DNA from: Octopus sinensis
Taxonomy: Eukaryota
DNA: 64,000 bases
NCBI RefSeq assembly: GCF_006345805.1
Contig: NC_043014.1
Span: 22,444,001 to 22,508,000, forward strand
Reading direction: 5' to 3'
A model generated the notes under the pieces. The model was given only the letters and a program-made list of their open reading frames with translations, was not told the origin of the DNA and did not search any database. The position numbers and the translations under genes were made by a program. Shown one piece after another: positions 34,144-47,458 of the stretch (its first letter is position 1; the number at the start of each line of letters is the position of its first letter).

Positions 34144-35719
34144 CCCTCCTAAAGCTCTGGCATTAAAGTGTGCAGTAGTAATAGTAGTCGTGCTTTTTCC
34201 GAACGGACCCTCGCCTCCATTTGTGTGCTAGCGCGTGCACACACACACAGTGAGGAGATCTCACATTTTGGTTCTAAAATTGTCATTGTTATTGTCCAGT
34301 CCTAATTGAGTCCTATAATCGAAGGTATCCCACCTGTTCTGATCCTGTCTTTTATTCAGATACAATTAACTTACGACCACCCGATCTCATGAATCTATCG
34401 GTGGCTCTTCTAGTATCTGGTGTAGAGCTGACGTTTTCAACAGCTGTGCTGCTATACACTTGTGTGCTACGTATGGTCCACATGTGTTCCACGAGTTTTT
34501 GAGGCAAATTATTTGAGAAAATTTAAGTTTGTAATGCATTGTATTGCATCTATGCATTCTTTTGCAGCCAGGTGCAATGCATGTGCCCATCCCTGTTTTG
34601 GAATCGTTTCAAACCTCTTTTTTAATAGTTTAAAAAAGCTGATGTGCGTATTTTCAGCACCTCTTTCAATCTGCTGTCAGTAGAAAACGTTGAAAATCGC
34701 AGACAACTAAGTCAGTGCTTATCGTCACTTTTCCATGGTTATATGGTCATGTAGCCTTATATTGGTAACTTTTCTCCCTGGTATGCAGACAAATGAAGCC
34801 TTTGTTGATTTGAGTAGCAAGTTGTTTTACCTTATATAAACCTGTTTTTAGCTTTTGCTCTCTGACCATTCGAGAGTTTAAGTGTTTGGCCACTAACACA
34901 TCACAGGAGTGTCACCACTAACTGGACAGAATAATCTGTCATTTTGGTTAGTTATGAGATACTCTATTGTGATGTGTATAGAAACATATGGAGGTTATGT
35001 TTTTTTTTATGAAAATATTTGGCGAGAGCGAAAGAGAAAACCAGAAACATCATTTAGTCTTTGATACCAACTCACTTGAAGCCATACATACTAAAGGACT
35101 CGTATTTAAATGATAGTTGCCTTTTAACATTATTAATCATTTGAGAGCTCAAATTAGTCAACACCAGCATAGTGTAGCAATAATGAGACAAGCCAATAAA
35201 AAAAGCTTCAATGTCCTCACTCAACATGCTAGAAATAGCAACCAAATCCCCATCAAATCACAAACCACCCTCTTAGAAAACAAAGCATTGAGTAATATGC
35301 CCTGGGTTGCTTCCATATTAGAAAATAAGATAGGTTGGTCAAGGCTAGAATCTCTTTTAATATATGTGCTTGTTCAGGGCTTACCTGGAGCTAAATAACA
35401 ACAAACACAGGGGCTTCTGTTTAGCTGCTTGAATTACAACAAATAGCAGCTTAATCTACTTCAAATCCACCCTACCATTGCAAAAGCAAGACGGCCACTT
35501 TGGATAATTAAGTGCAGGATGCACTGTACTAAAAACAAAAGAAATTCCTCAAAAAATCCCCAAATAATAAAAAAACCCCCAAATAGGATGATTTGTTTAA
35601 CTTCCGTTTTTTTTTTTCACCACTGCTTTCCTAAGTTTGGATGCAGAATAATTTTGAGACAGGATTTTATAGTCAGTGCAGTCAGTCAACAAAGAATCAG
35701 TACCACATTGTTCAAACAA

Positions 35720-35839
35720 TGATGAATGTGGCATATACAAACATTGACACACATTCCTACACATGCACGTATATACATACATATATATCAGTGTACATGT
35801 GTGTGTATATACATAAATAAAAATGTATATATATATATA

Positions 35840-35874
<35 letters not shown>

Positions 35875-36091
35875 GTATTTATTTGTATATGTGGATGTAC
35901 TTGGATATATGTGTGGATTTGTGTATGGAAGTATTGGTGTGTATGGATAGGGATATGTGTTTCGCCTGTGCTTTCGGTTCTTTTTTTCATTTTAACTTTA
36001 TTTGTATAATTGTATATAGAGTAGAATTACCCTGTTCAACCTCTAATTATTTTACCGCTAATGTGTGTGTGAATATATATCCAGGTATATA

Positions 36092-36151
<60 letters not shown>

Positions 36152-36360
36152 CACGTGTGTGTATGTGTGTGTATGTTTATGCATGTATGTGAATGTGTGT
36201 ATATATATATGCAACAGTGTATCTATTTATGTATTTGCGTATGTATATATGTATGTGCATGTATGTATATGGGTGTATATGCATGTACAAATCCATGTAT
36301 CTGTATGTATGTATGCTTGTGTATGAATATATATACGTATCTGTATGGATGTATTGATAT
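35720..36360. repeat. Compound (TA)n/(TG)n/(GTAT)n low-complexity tract
   Basis: Alternating purine-pyrimidine microsatellites; the source of the spurious YIYI/VCVC ORFs. Confidence 0.9.
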
Positions 36361-37444
36361 AGCTATACGATCCTGTGGAGTGTATGGATTTACATTTACT
36401 TGTGGTGCCACATTGTATGGCTGAACATGAAATCACATGGTCACAAAACGAGCTTCTTCACCACACAGTCTTGCCAGAATGCCTTTGATCATATGTGAGC
36501 TCAATCAGTGTTTAAATGGAGCAGCATACACTATATAAAGTTCCAGATATTTTACTACCCACCCCCAAAAATCTTTGTTATAATTGAAAGTTAATTACAA
36601 CATTAGTAGTTTACTAATTAGGAATATAATCAAGAAAGAGGCATCGAAAGTTATTTATTTTGACCTCTTTATTTTATATTCTCAAATAGCACAACAGTTC
36701 ACAGTTATCTTAACATTCCCTGTGTTTTTCTCTGATATTATTATCTCCTTTCTTGCTAGAACTTTTGGCCAAACAAAAACATGAAAATGCTTAAATAAAA
36801 ATCAAAGAAATTGAAGTGTTTCTTAAGTTTTGAGAGATTTTTGTTAGCTAGTGCATGAGATCTTATCCCTTGCAGGAACTATATTTCTGGATAAAATATT
36901 TTAACCAGTGTATCTTTTTACATTTAACTGTTATGAGTAGGTTGTGGGTCCATCCTATCTGTGTGGTAATTTGCTGGGTGGTTAGTGTTATGAATGGCAT
37001 CCAGCCATAAAAACCATGTCAAAACAGACACAGAAGTATGTTACAGGCCAGCTCCTGTCAAACTGTCCGAGGACATTAAATGATGATGATGATCTACTTC
37101 ATAATGTGAAACTGAGCTAAAGCACAAGCTCTTTTGATCAATGGCTTAAGAGACATAAAAACGTTTTATATATTCCCTTTAATCTATATACAACAACAAA
37201 AAGTCTTCTTCAGTACTCTCTTTCATTTCTGTAAGAAATTTTGTGTACTCAGCATTGACTAATCTAGCTTTCTCTGTGGTCAAAAGAGCAGATTCACCAA
37301 TATTGCATCTGATTAGATCAATTGCTAATGCACTATGACAAACCTTTGGTTATCAAGCAATAAAACCTAGTCTTTAATGGAGTAAAATTTTCATTTTTGC
37401 AATGGCCTCAATTGATCGAATCAGTGTGTTATAATAATGATTTC

Positions 37445-37630
37445 AAATTTTGGCACAAGGCCAGCAAGTCCAGATGAAGGAGTGAGTCGATTACATAGAC
37501 TCCAGTGCTCAACTGGTACTTATCGACCCTAAGAAGATGAAAGGCAAAGTTGACCAGCTTTTGGAACATAAAAACAGATGACATGTTGCTAAGCATTTTG
37601 CCCAACATGCTAATGATTCTGCCAGTTTGA
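37445..37630 (+). mobile_element. SINE-like repeat (ccccagtgctcaactggtac family; related copies 53955-54165 and 55650-55820)
   Basis: Shared core ccagtgctcaactggtactta...gatgaaaggcaaagt..taagcattttg...aatgattctgccagtt. Confidence 0.65.
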
Positions 37631-38158
37631 TGTCTTCAGTGTTCTTTAATAATGTCAAAAAATAATTTAAAAGTGGAGATTCTTCCCTTGATAGGAACTG
37701 AAAGTTTCTCATGTCATGAAACTTAAAATGATGTTTTGTAAAGGAATGGAGTAGTGAATTAACAGCATCTCAAATATTGCTGTACTATAGTTTATATGAA
37801 TAACTGATTCTAAGAAATTTACATCAAGTGTTTATCTGATTAGGAAAGTAGGTAAACTGATTGGTACCACATTTACCTAGATGTCTTGCAAACAACTTGC
37901 ACATGCAAGTACTACCAGTCAAAAACTCTGCATACCAGAAGCCATCAAATGTATGGGGTCATCAGGAGAGAATGTGTGCCGTTTCGGAGCCTACCTCTTG
38001 ACGGCATCAATGTGCACCAGCCCCCCTTTCCCAACTAAAAATATTTTTGGCTTTTGTTATTGCAATATGTATAATGTCAGAAATATTATGTACAACATCA
38101 AATATTTGTCAATTTTATATGTGACTTTTATTTATTGCTTTTATTTTTCGTAGAACTA

Positions 38159-38279
38159 ATGGAGTCCTCTTCATCATCAACTGACTTTGAAAGTTCTGAG
38201 ATTTCTTTCGATGAGCTTTCATTGGACAAAGCTATTCTTGTCATCAAACAACAGTGTAATGACATAAATAATCTCAGAA
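38159..38279 (+). CDS. Optineurin/NEMO-family protein, coding exon 1 (MESSSSSTDFESSEISFDELSLDKAILVIKQQCNDINNLR, phase 1)
   Basis: Acceptor tttatttttcgtag| at 38153, ATG at 38159 and donor |gtaagt at 38280. It joins exon 2 in frame. Confidence 0.8.
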
Positions 38280-38311
38280 GTAAGTATATAAAACTAATAA
38301 TAATTTACTAC

Positions 38312-38359
<48 letters not shown>

Positions 38360-39349
38360 CAGTAACAGATTTATCATTGTCATCGTTATTACACGAAATT
38401 TTTTGTTTACAATAGAAATACACCCATTACTTTCATCAGTTGGCATTTGACATAGTCCATGCTGAACTACAATCATCGTTTGTTTCTAAAAATTTCACTT
38501 GGTTGGAATTATCTACCTTGTCCATTAAAAAAATTTTATTTTTGTTTTTTAGATTTTGAACATACCTTTAGTTAAAAGTTTTTCAACTCCCTATACTACA
38601 CACATGAAACACTGTCATATGCATAGTTAGTATACAGAATACTTCTTTGAGGTTTTTTTCTTCATTATTGCTACACCTGTATTGATAAAAGCAAAATTCT
38701 GTCTGTCCATCTGGGACTTCTACACAGATGTATTATATCATTTTGGAATTAGGATGATCCCAGGATTGAAAGTCTGCTCTTCATTTGGTTCTTGAACATC
38801 CAGCATTTGGGTTGATATTTCTAGCAGGTAAAGCTTGGCCGATTCATGCCATCTTAGTTGGCATTTGTCAGATGATGTCAGAAATCAAGAAGGAGATAAA
38901 TGAATTTCACTTCGTTAATTTTATGTTGAGATAAGAATTTTAGGACAAATTGGCCAACAGTTGGAATTTGACTTGGGACTGGAACAACAGAACGATTGCA
39001 TTACAGAATTAAGGACATATAATCATTATAGATGTATTATAGTCATGCTATTTAACTCTCTTTAGTTTTGGGCCACTGAACCATAGGAGCTAGCTTAACA
39101 ACCCACATGGAGTGCGGCTCTTAAACTAGTCTATGATTAAAAAAAAATGTTCCTGTTTTTAAGATATCATGCACCTAAAACTATGTATATTATCCAATAT
39201 TATTGTAGCTTTTTTTTTAAAGGCAGTAGGATGTGATTAAAGGGTAATTTGGCTGTTATTTCTATTTTGAGTGGTCATGTAAATGCTCTGATGTTGATTC
39301 GCCTACAGTATAAACTGTAGATAAGTAAAGTTTTAGATAATCTACATTC

Positions 39350-42300
39350 TCAATAAGGAGACAGATGCTTGAACAGAGATGTGTCGATATGTGCTGCATC
39401 CAAGAAGTATGGTGGAGAGGAGGTTCTGCTAGGTTCCTCACAGGCAAAGAACACAGGTACAAGATTTTCTGGGCAGGGAACACTGACAGGGTTGGGGGTG
39501 TGGGTATACTTCTTGCGGAGAAATGGGTAGATAAAGTAATTGAGATAGTCAGAGTATGCGACTGAATACTTAAGATTAGATTAGTGCTCCATCATGGGTT
39601 AGCAACTGTTATCTCAGCCAGGGCTACCAGATGGACAGAAAGACCGATTCTATGACACCCTCTTGCAGACTACTGCATTGACGAATGACAGGGACCTTCT
39701 CTTTGTGGCTGGCGACTTCAATGGACATGTTGGACAACATGTCAGGGGCTTCCACGGCATACATGGAGGCTATGGTTTGGGCTCTCGCAATGAGGAGGGA
39801 ACCAGGCTACTGGAGTTCTGTGATGCAAATGATCTTATGGTTTGCAACACTAACTTCAGAAAACCTGCCAGCCACCTAGTGACCTACTGCTCTAGCAGAC
39901 ACACTAGTCAGATCGACTACATCCTCACCAGAAAAAGGGAAAGATGGCTGCTTATAAATGCCAAAACCTTCCCAGGTGAAGAATGTACCACACAACATAG
40001 ACTAGTAGTTTGTGACTTCAGGATCAGGGCTAAATGGATTCCCAGAAGACGACCATCAAGGAGAAGAAGGGTCTGGAGACTTAAAGATCCTGCAAATGAA
40101 CAGAGATTTAGAGACATATTACTCAAAGCCTTTGACGAAATAGAAGGGGATATAGTTTCACATGGTATAGAAGACAACAGGAGGTTCCTACAGGACAACC
40201 TGCTAAGGGCCACCGACCAGATCTGTGGATGGTGCAAAGTCCCCTCCTGACCCAAAATAACGTGGTGTAGAACACTGTGGTTGACAGGGCTATTAGACAA
40301 AAGAAACAGGCTTGGAAGGACTGGAAGAATGGTGGTAGCAGGGAAGTGTATCAAACTGCCAGAAGGGAATCTAGGAGGCAGGTATATTTAGCCAGAGGGG
40401 AAGCAGATAAAATTTGCCAAAATTCTGCGCCGTGAGGACGAAAGACTTAAGGTATTTCGTGTTGCAAGACAGTGTGTGAGAGAGAATCGTGACGTGGTAG
40501 GAGAGAAATGTGTTCGCATGGATGATGATTCACTTGCGCTGAATGAGGATGCAAAGAGAGAGGTTTGGAGACGCCACTTTGAAAGGTTGCTGTATAAGGA
40601 AAATGGATGGGATAAAGAGAGTCTGCCGAACGTCGACCCAACAGAGGGACCAGCTATCCGAGTTGACAGTTCCTTGGTAGTTAAGGCAATTAGAAGCATG
40701 AAGACAGGGAAAGCCCCAGGCCCATCAGGAATTACTCCAGAGATGCTCAAAATATCTGGGAGTGTCAGCTATAGCCTAGTCACCCATATGGTGAAGCAGC
40801 ATAATAGTCAACTGCTATAATGGTAAAGGTGACGCTTTAGTTACAAATAATTACAGAGGTATCAAGCTGTTGGATCAGGTAATGAAGGTTACGGAGTGGG
40901 TCATAGCCCAACTGATTAGGGAGAGAGTCAGCTTGGATGAGATGCAGTTTGATTTCGTGCCAGGGAAAAGCACCACTGATGCTATATTCAGCTGCAGGAG
41001 AAATACCTAGCCAAAGATAAGCCCCTGTACCTGGCTTTTGTTGACATGGAGAAAGCCTTCGACAGGGTCCCATGATACCTTATTTGGTGGTCAATGAGGA
41101 AACTAGGGATAGATGAATGGTTGGTGAGAGCTATGCAAGCCATGTACAGGGACGTTGTAAGTAAGGTGAGGGTTGGCAACGAGTACACTGAAGAATTCCG
41201 GGTAGAGGTAGGGGTCCACCAAGGTTCAGTCCTCAGCCCCCTCCTATTTATCATAGTCCTCCAAGCAATAACAGAGGAATTCAAGACAGGATGCCCCTGG
41301 GAGCTCCTATATGCTGATGACCTTGCTCTAATTGCTGAGTCACTATCAGAACTAGAGACGAAGTTTCAAGTGTGGAAACAAGGATTAGAATCGAAGGACC
41401 TTAGAATCAACCTAGCTAAAACCAAAGTCCTAATATGTAGGAAGGCAGGCAAACCACAAATCTCTTCAGGTAGATGGCCCTGCTCAATCTGTAGTAGAGT
41501 TGTAGGTAGAAACTTTATAAGATGCACCCAGTGTAAGCTATGGACACATAAGAGGTGCAGTAATATCAAAGGGAGGCTAACTAGGAAAATAGTTTTTGTA
41601 TGTGGCAGATGCTTGGGAGCAATAAACACTGAAAATGTGCAGAGAACAACTTCCACCACATTCCAGGGAGAAAAACTAGAAGTAGTTGATAGCTTCCATT
41701 ACCTTGGGGACCAAGTCAGTAGCAGAGGTTGGTGCGCTGAAAGTGTAGCTGCTAGAATAAGAATAGCTTGGGCAAAGTTCAGAGATTACTTACCTCTGAT
41801 GGCGACAAAGGGCCTCTCGCTCAGAGTAAAAGGTAGACTGTATGACACTTGTGTATGAACAGCCATGCTACATGGCAGTGAAACACGGGCTGTGACTGCT
41901 GAATACATGCGTAAGCTTGCGAGGAATGAAGCCAGTATGCTCCGATGGATGTGTAATATCAGTGTGCATACACGACAGTGTAGGTATCTTGAGAGAAATG
42001 TTGGACATAAGAAGCATCAGCTGTGGTGTGCAAGAGAGACGACTGCGCTGGTATGGTCATGTGGCAAGAATGGATGAGGACAGCTGTGTGAAAAAGTGCC
42101 ACACCCTAGCGGTTGAGGGAACCTGTGTAAGAGGTAAACCCAGGAAGACCTGGGATGAAGTGGTAAAGCACGACCTTTGAACATTAGGCCTCACTGAGGC
42201 AATGACTAGTGACCGAGACCTTTGGAAATATGCCATGCGTGAGAAGACCAGGCAAGCCAAATGAAACCATAATCTCATGGCATATGCCAGGGTCATAACC

Positions 42301-42945
42301 AGCCCACTTATGCGTACCTTTTCCTCCTTTGGACACTAAAACTCTGCTTGCGAAGACCTGTTGAGGCAAGTGAAATCAATCAACCAATCAAAAGCAAAAT
42401 CAAATTCGATGACTGGCGTCCGTGCTAGCAGGGTGCAAAGATCACCATACGAGCGTGATTATTGACAGAGCGGCTAATCGACGTCCGTGGCAGTGGCACT
42501 TAAAGGGCACCATTCGAGCGTGATCGTTACCAGCGTCACCTTACTGGCACTTGTACCCGTGCTAGTAGGGTGCCAAGAGCACTATCTGAGCGTGATCGTT
42601 GCCAGAGCAGCCAACTGGCTTCCGTGCCAGTGAGCACTTAACAGGGCACCATTTGAGCGTGATCGTTACCAAAGTCACCTTCTGGCACCTATGCTGGTGG
42701 CATGTATAAAAGGATTTGAGTGAGGTCGTTGCCAGTACTGCCTGACTGGCCCCCGTGCCGGTGGCATGTAAAAAGCACCCACTACACTCTCGGAGTGGTT
42801 GGCGTTAGGAAGGGCATCCAGCTGTAGAAACTCTGCCAAATCAAGACTGGAGCCTGGTGCAGCCATCTGGTTCGCCAGCCCTCACTCAAAATCGTCCAAC
42901 CCATACTGGCATGGAAAGCGGATATTAAACGATGATGATGATGAT
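39350..42945 (+). mobile_element. Near-complete RTE LINE, sense to the host gene, with several stops and a small deletion
   Basis: APE (VDMCCIQE, GDFNGHVG, SQIDYIL), RT (GVHQGSVLSPLLF, ELLYADD), C4HC3 finger, modular 3'UTR and (GAT)n tail at ~42931-42947. Confidence 0.95.
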
Positions 42946-43559
42946 GAGACATTTACATTTTATATCATTTCTGTGAATTGAAACGATCAGTAAGATTATT
43001 TTCTTCTTGATCAATTCGATTGTTATCTTTTATCTTTCATAGATCTTCTACATGATTACTTTGTTAGTTTACCACTTTGGCCATCAGTGATTAACATCTT
43101 TCTCACATACTCATAATCACACACCCATATCATCATCGTTATTAATTTAACATCCACTTTCCATGCTTGCAGGAATCAAATGAATGCCCTCCCTGCCACC
43201 AACCCTCACCTGTATCCAAGCATGTTTTCGCAGAATATTGGAAATGAATGACACTGCTATTATGACAGTCAAACTCCTTTACAATTATCACACAATGTCA
43301 AAACAAGGCAACACTAACATACTCACAACCATCTCTCCACACACACACACACATACACAGGTGCAGTGTGGTTAAGGTGTGAAACCACATTGTTTCATGT
43401 TCAGCTTCCGTTGTGTTGCAACTGGGGCAAGTATCTTCCACTATAGTCTTGGGTTGACCAAAGCCTTGTAAAGGGAAACTGAAACAAACCCATTGTATAC
43501 ATATGTGTGTGTGTATATTTGTCCCCTTTTCTTGGTGTAGTGTGATATTGTGAATTAGT

Positions 43560-43785
43560 GTAAAAGAGATGGTTGCTAGAGTAGGAACAGTTTGGAGAAA
43601 GTTCAAGGAATTACTGCCATGGCTGACAACAAATATTTTTTCCCACAGAGTGAAGGGCAGATTATATGATGTTTCTGTCAGAAATGCATTGCTGTGTAGT
43701 AGTGAGACATGGGCCTTGAATGTAGAGGAGTTGAAAAGACTGGAAAAAAATGAAGCAAGCATGTGTTGTTGAATGTGCAATATGT
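43560..43785 (+). mobile_element. Old RTE C-terminal fragment
   Basis: ORF 43569-43772 WRKFKELLP...KGRLYD...SETWAL. Confidence 0.75.
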
Positions 43786-43789
43786 GTGC

Positions 43790-45220
43790 ATCATCATCAT
43801 CATCATTTAGCGTCCGTTTTCCATGCTAGCATGGGTTGGACGGTTCTACTGGGGTCTGTGAAGCCAGAAGGCTTCATCAGGCCCAGTCAAATCTGGCAGT
43901 GTTTCTACGGCTGGATGCCCTTCCTAACGCCAACCACTCCGTGAGTGTAGTGGGTGCTTTTTACGTGCCACCCGCACTGGTGCCAGACAGAGCTGGCAAA
44001 CGGCCACGAACGGATGGTGCTTTTTATGTGCCACCGGCACGAGGGCCAGGCGAGGCTGGCAACGGACACGAAACGGGGCGGTGCTGGCAACAGTCGCGAA
44101 ACGGAAAGTTCTCTTACATGCCACCGGCACTGGTAACACATCTGCAATTTCCATTGATCGATTTCCATTGATCGATTTCGATTCTGATCCTCACTTGCCT
44201 CAATGGGTCTTCACAAGCAGAGTTTCGACATGCCACCGGCACTGGTAGCACATCCGCAATTTCCATTGATCGATTTCGATTCTGATCCTCACTTGCCTCA
44301 ACACGTCTTCACAAGTAGAGTTTTGTGTCCCAAGAAGGGAAGGTATGCATACGTAGGCTGGCTCCATCCCATGTAGAAGGCCACGGGTTGTGGACTCACT
44401 TGTCCTGCCGGGTCTTCTCGCGCACAGCACACTTCCAGAGGTCTCGGTCTCTAGTCATTTCCTCAGTGAGACCTAAAGTTCGAAGGTCGTGCTTCACCAC
44501 CTCGTCCCAGGTTTTCCTGGGTCTGCCTCTTCCACAGGTTCCCTCAACCGCTAGGGTGTGGCACTTTTTCACACAACTATCTTCATCCATTCTCGCCACA
44601 TGACCATACCAGCGCAAACGTCTCTCTTGCACACCACAACTGATGCTTCTTAGGTCCAGCTTTTCTCTCAAGGTACTTACACTCTGCCGAGTGTGAGTAC
44701 CGGCATTACACATCCATCGGAGCATACTGGCTTCATTTCTAGCGAGCTTACGCATATCCTCAGCAGTCACGGCCCATGTTTCACTGCCATGTAGCATGGC
44801 TGTTCGTACACACGCATCATACAGTCTGCCTTTCACTCTGTGCGAGAGGCCTTTTGTCACCAGCAGAGGTAAGAGCTCTCTGAACTTTGCCCAAGCTATT
44901 CTTACTCTAGCAGTTACACTTTCAGCACACCCACCCCCGCTGCTGACTTGGTCACCTAGGTAACGGAAACTATCAACTATTTCTAGTTTTTCTCCCTGGA
45001 AAGTGACGGAAGTTGGTCTCAGAGCATTTTCAGTGTTTATTGTTCCTGAGCATCTGCCACATACAAAAACCATCTTCCTAGTTAGCCTTCCTTTGACATT
45101 GCTGCATCTCTTATGTGTCCATAGCTTACACTTGGTGCATCTTATAGAGTTTCTACCTACACCTTTTCTACAGATCGAGCAGGGCCATCTACCTGAAGGT
45201 GTTTGTGATTTGTCGTGTTG
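43790..45220 (-). mobile_element. Young 5'-truncated RTE LINE (open 225-aa C-terminal frame); ~100-bp duplication in the 3'UTR
   Basis: ORF 44396-45073 is uninterrupted; 44117-44228 is approximately repeated at 44229-44325; (CAT)n end at ~43790. Confidence 0.95.
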
Positions 45221-45571
45221 AGAAAAAAGCTAGGCATAAGAAGAATTAGTTGTAGTGTGCACTGGCATGGGCATGTGTTGCATATGGATGGGAACAGCTA
45301 TATAAAGAAGTGCCAGTAGCTTAAAATAGATGGAACTTGTGAAGGAGAGAAACTCAGTAAAAGATGAGATGAAGTAGCAAAGGCTAATCTCTGGGAGTTG
45401 AACTATTGGAGGTGATAACAAAGGTGCAAGCTGATTGGCAATATTTAGTAGTTTTTAAGAAGACCTGCACACCTCTGGTATAGCTGTGTTTGTGTGTGTG
45501 TATAAGTGGCAGTGAATTATTTCCTTTTTGGTTTTTGAATTGCGTCTTCTTGCCATTTTCTCTATTATATA

Positions 45572-45810
45572 TATCATCATCATCATCGTTTAACGTCCGT
45601 TTTCTGCGCTAGCACGGGTTGGACGGTTTCGACCGGGGTCTGGGGAGCTCGGGACTGCCCCAGGCTCCAGTCTAGTCTGGCAGTGTTTCTACAGCTGGAT
45701 GCCCATCCTAACGCCAACCACTCCGCGAGTGTAGTGGGTGTTTTTTACGTGCCACCTGCACAGGTGCCAGAGGGGTCTGGCATCGGCCACGTTCGGATGG
45801 TGCTTTTTAT
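45572..45810 (-). mobile_element. RTE 3'-end fragment abutting the G-rich array
   Basis: Family terminus; similarity stops at tgctttttat|ggggggggg. Confidence 0.9.
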
Positions 45811-46916
45811 GGGGGGGGGTGCAGAAATATAGGGGAGCACCAGTGGGAGGGGTGGTTCAGAGGACAGGTTCTAGGCAAGTAGAACGTAGGAAATCGAGAG
45901 AGGGGTAATGCATGGTGAAATAGCGTATTGAAGAGGGGGGTTCAAAGAGTAGACACCTATAATGGTGGTGGGGGGGGGGCAGAAATATAGGGGAGCACCA
46001 GTGGGAGGGGTGGTTCTGAGGACAGGTTCTAGGCAAGTAGAACGTAGGATATCGAGAGAGGGGTAATGCATGGTGAAATAGCGTATTGAAGAGGGGGGTT
46101 CAAAGAGTAGACACCTATAATGGTGGTGGGGGGGTGCAGAAATATAGGGGAGCACCAGTGGGAGGGGTGGTTCAGAGGACAGGTTCTAGGCAAGTAGAAC
46201 GTAGGAAATCGAGAGAGGGGTAATGCATGGTGAAATAGCGTATTGAAGAGGGGGGTTCAAAGAGTAGACACCTATAATGGTGGTGGGGGGGGGGCAGAAA
46301 TATAGGGGAGCACCAGTGGGAGGGGTGGTTCTGAGGACAGGTTCTAGGCAAGTAGAACGTAGGATATCGAGAGAGGGGTAATGCATGGTGAAATAGCGTA
46401 TTGAAGAGGGGGGTTCAAAGAGTAGACACCTATAATGGTGGTGGGGGGTGCAGAAATATAGGGGAGCACCAGTGGGAGGGGTGGTTCAGAGGACAGGTTC
46501 TAGGCAAGTAGAACGTAGGATATCGAAAGAGGGGTAATGCATGGTGAAATAGCGTATTGAAGAGGGGGGTTCAAAGAGTAGACACCTATAATGGTGGTGG
46601 TGGGGGGTGCAGAAATATAGGGGAGCACCAGTGGGAGGGGTGGTTCAGAGGACAGGTTCTAGACAAGTAGAACGTAGGATATCGAGAGAGGGGTAATGCA
46701 TGGTGAAATAGCGTATTGAAGAGGGGGGTTCAAAGAGTAGACGCCTATAATGGTGGTGGGGGGTGCAGAAATATAGGGGAGCACCAGTGGGAGGGGTGGT
46801 TCAGAGGACAGGTTCTAGACAAGTAGAACGTAGGATATCGAGAGAGGGGTAATGCATGGTGAAATAGCGTATTGAAGAGGGGGGTTCAAAGAGTAGACAC
46901 CTATAATGGTGGTGGG
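45811..46916. repeat. Tandem array of 7 x ~157-bp G-rich units
   Basis: The gcagaaatat anchor recurs at 45821, 45979, 46136, 46294, 46450, 46609 and 46765. Units differ mainly in G-run length and a few SNPs. Confidence 0.95.
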
Positions 46917-47397
46917 AGAAACGACATCCGGTATAGTTGGAGCAAAATAGAGATATCCGGTATTGGTGGTGGTGGGGGTGGGTAGGGCGGGCGCGCCGCG
47001 AAGAATCGGCGGCCAATTCGATCAGCCCTGTAAGGGAGATAGATCTTAAATATCTATAACGATAACTAATGAATTATACAGAATATGCAAAAACGAGGTG
47101 AGGCTGAAATAGTAAACAGAGTGGCGACTAGGGGGCTCAGAATAATGATACATAATAAATAATAATAAATAGAGATACGGGGTGAATTAAAGTTCAAAGA
47201 TTTCTTATCTTGGGATCACTTCGTTTACGGACAGACTTGGCAAAAGGAATTCGGAATCAAGAATGAGGCAGGTTACTAGCTTAAGTATGCATAGCCATGG
47301 AGAGAAGTAGGAAGAGAGGAGTCCAGACAGACAATGTAAAAAGAGGGGGAGAGAAGGGGAAGAGAACCCCGCGAAGAATCGGCGGCCAATTCGATCA
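46917..47397. other. CpG-rich module bounded by a perfect 29-bp direct repeat, ending in (TA)n
   Basis: ccgcgaagaatcggcggccaattcgatca at 46996-47024 and 47369-47397. Confidence 0.75.
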
Positions 47398-47404
47398 TAT
47401 ATAT

Positions 47405-47458
<54 letters not shown>

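Noticed and set aside
35726-36436. Long ORFs rich in Y/I/V/C/H (up to 167 aa)
   Set aside because: Translations of TA/TG microsatellites that lack stops by composition.
38680-39130. Possible third Helitron (gataaaagcaaaattctgtctgtc ... ctagt)
   Set aside because: The 5' TC and 3' hairpin are too degenerate to support a call.
45811-46916. Tandem array as a CRISPR locus or coding repeat
   Set aside because: The whole unit repeats with no unique spacers, the context is eukaryotic, and the minus-strand ORFs stop in every second unit.
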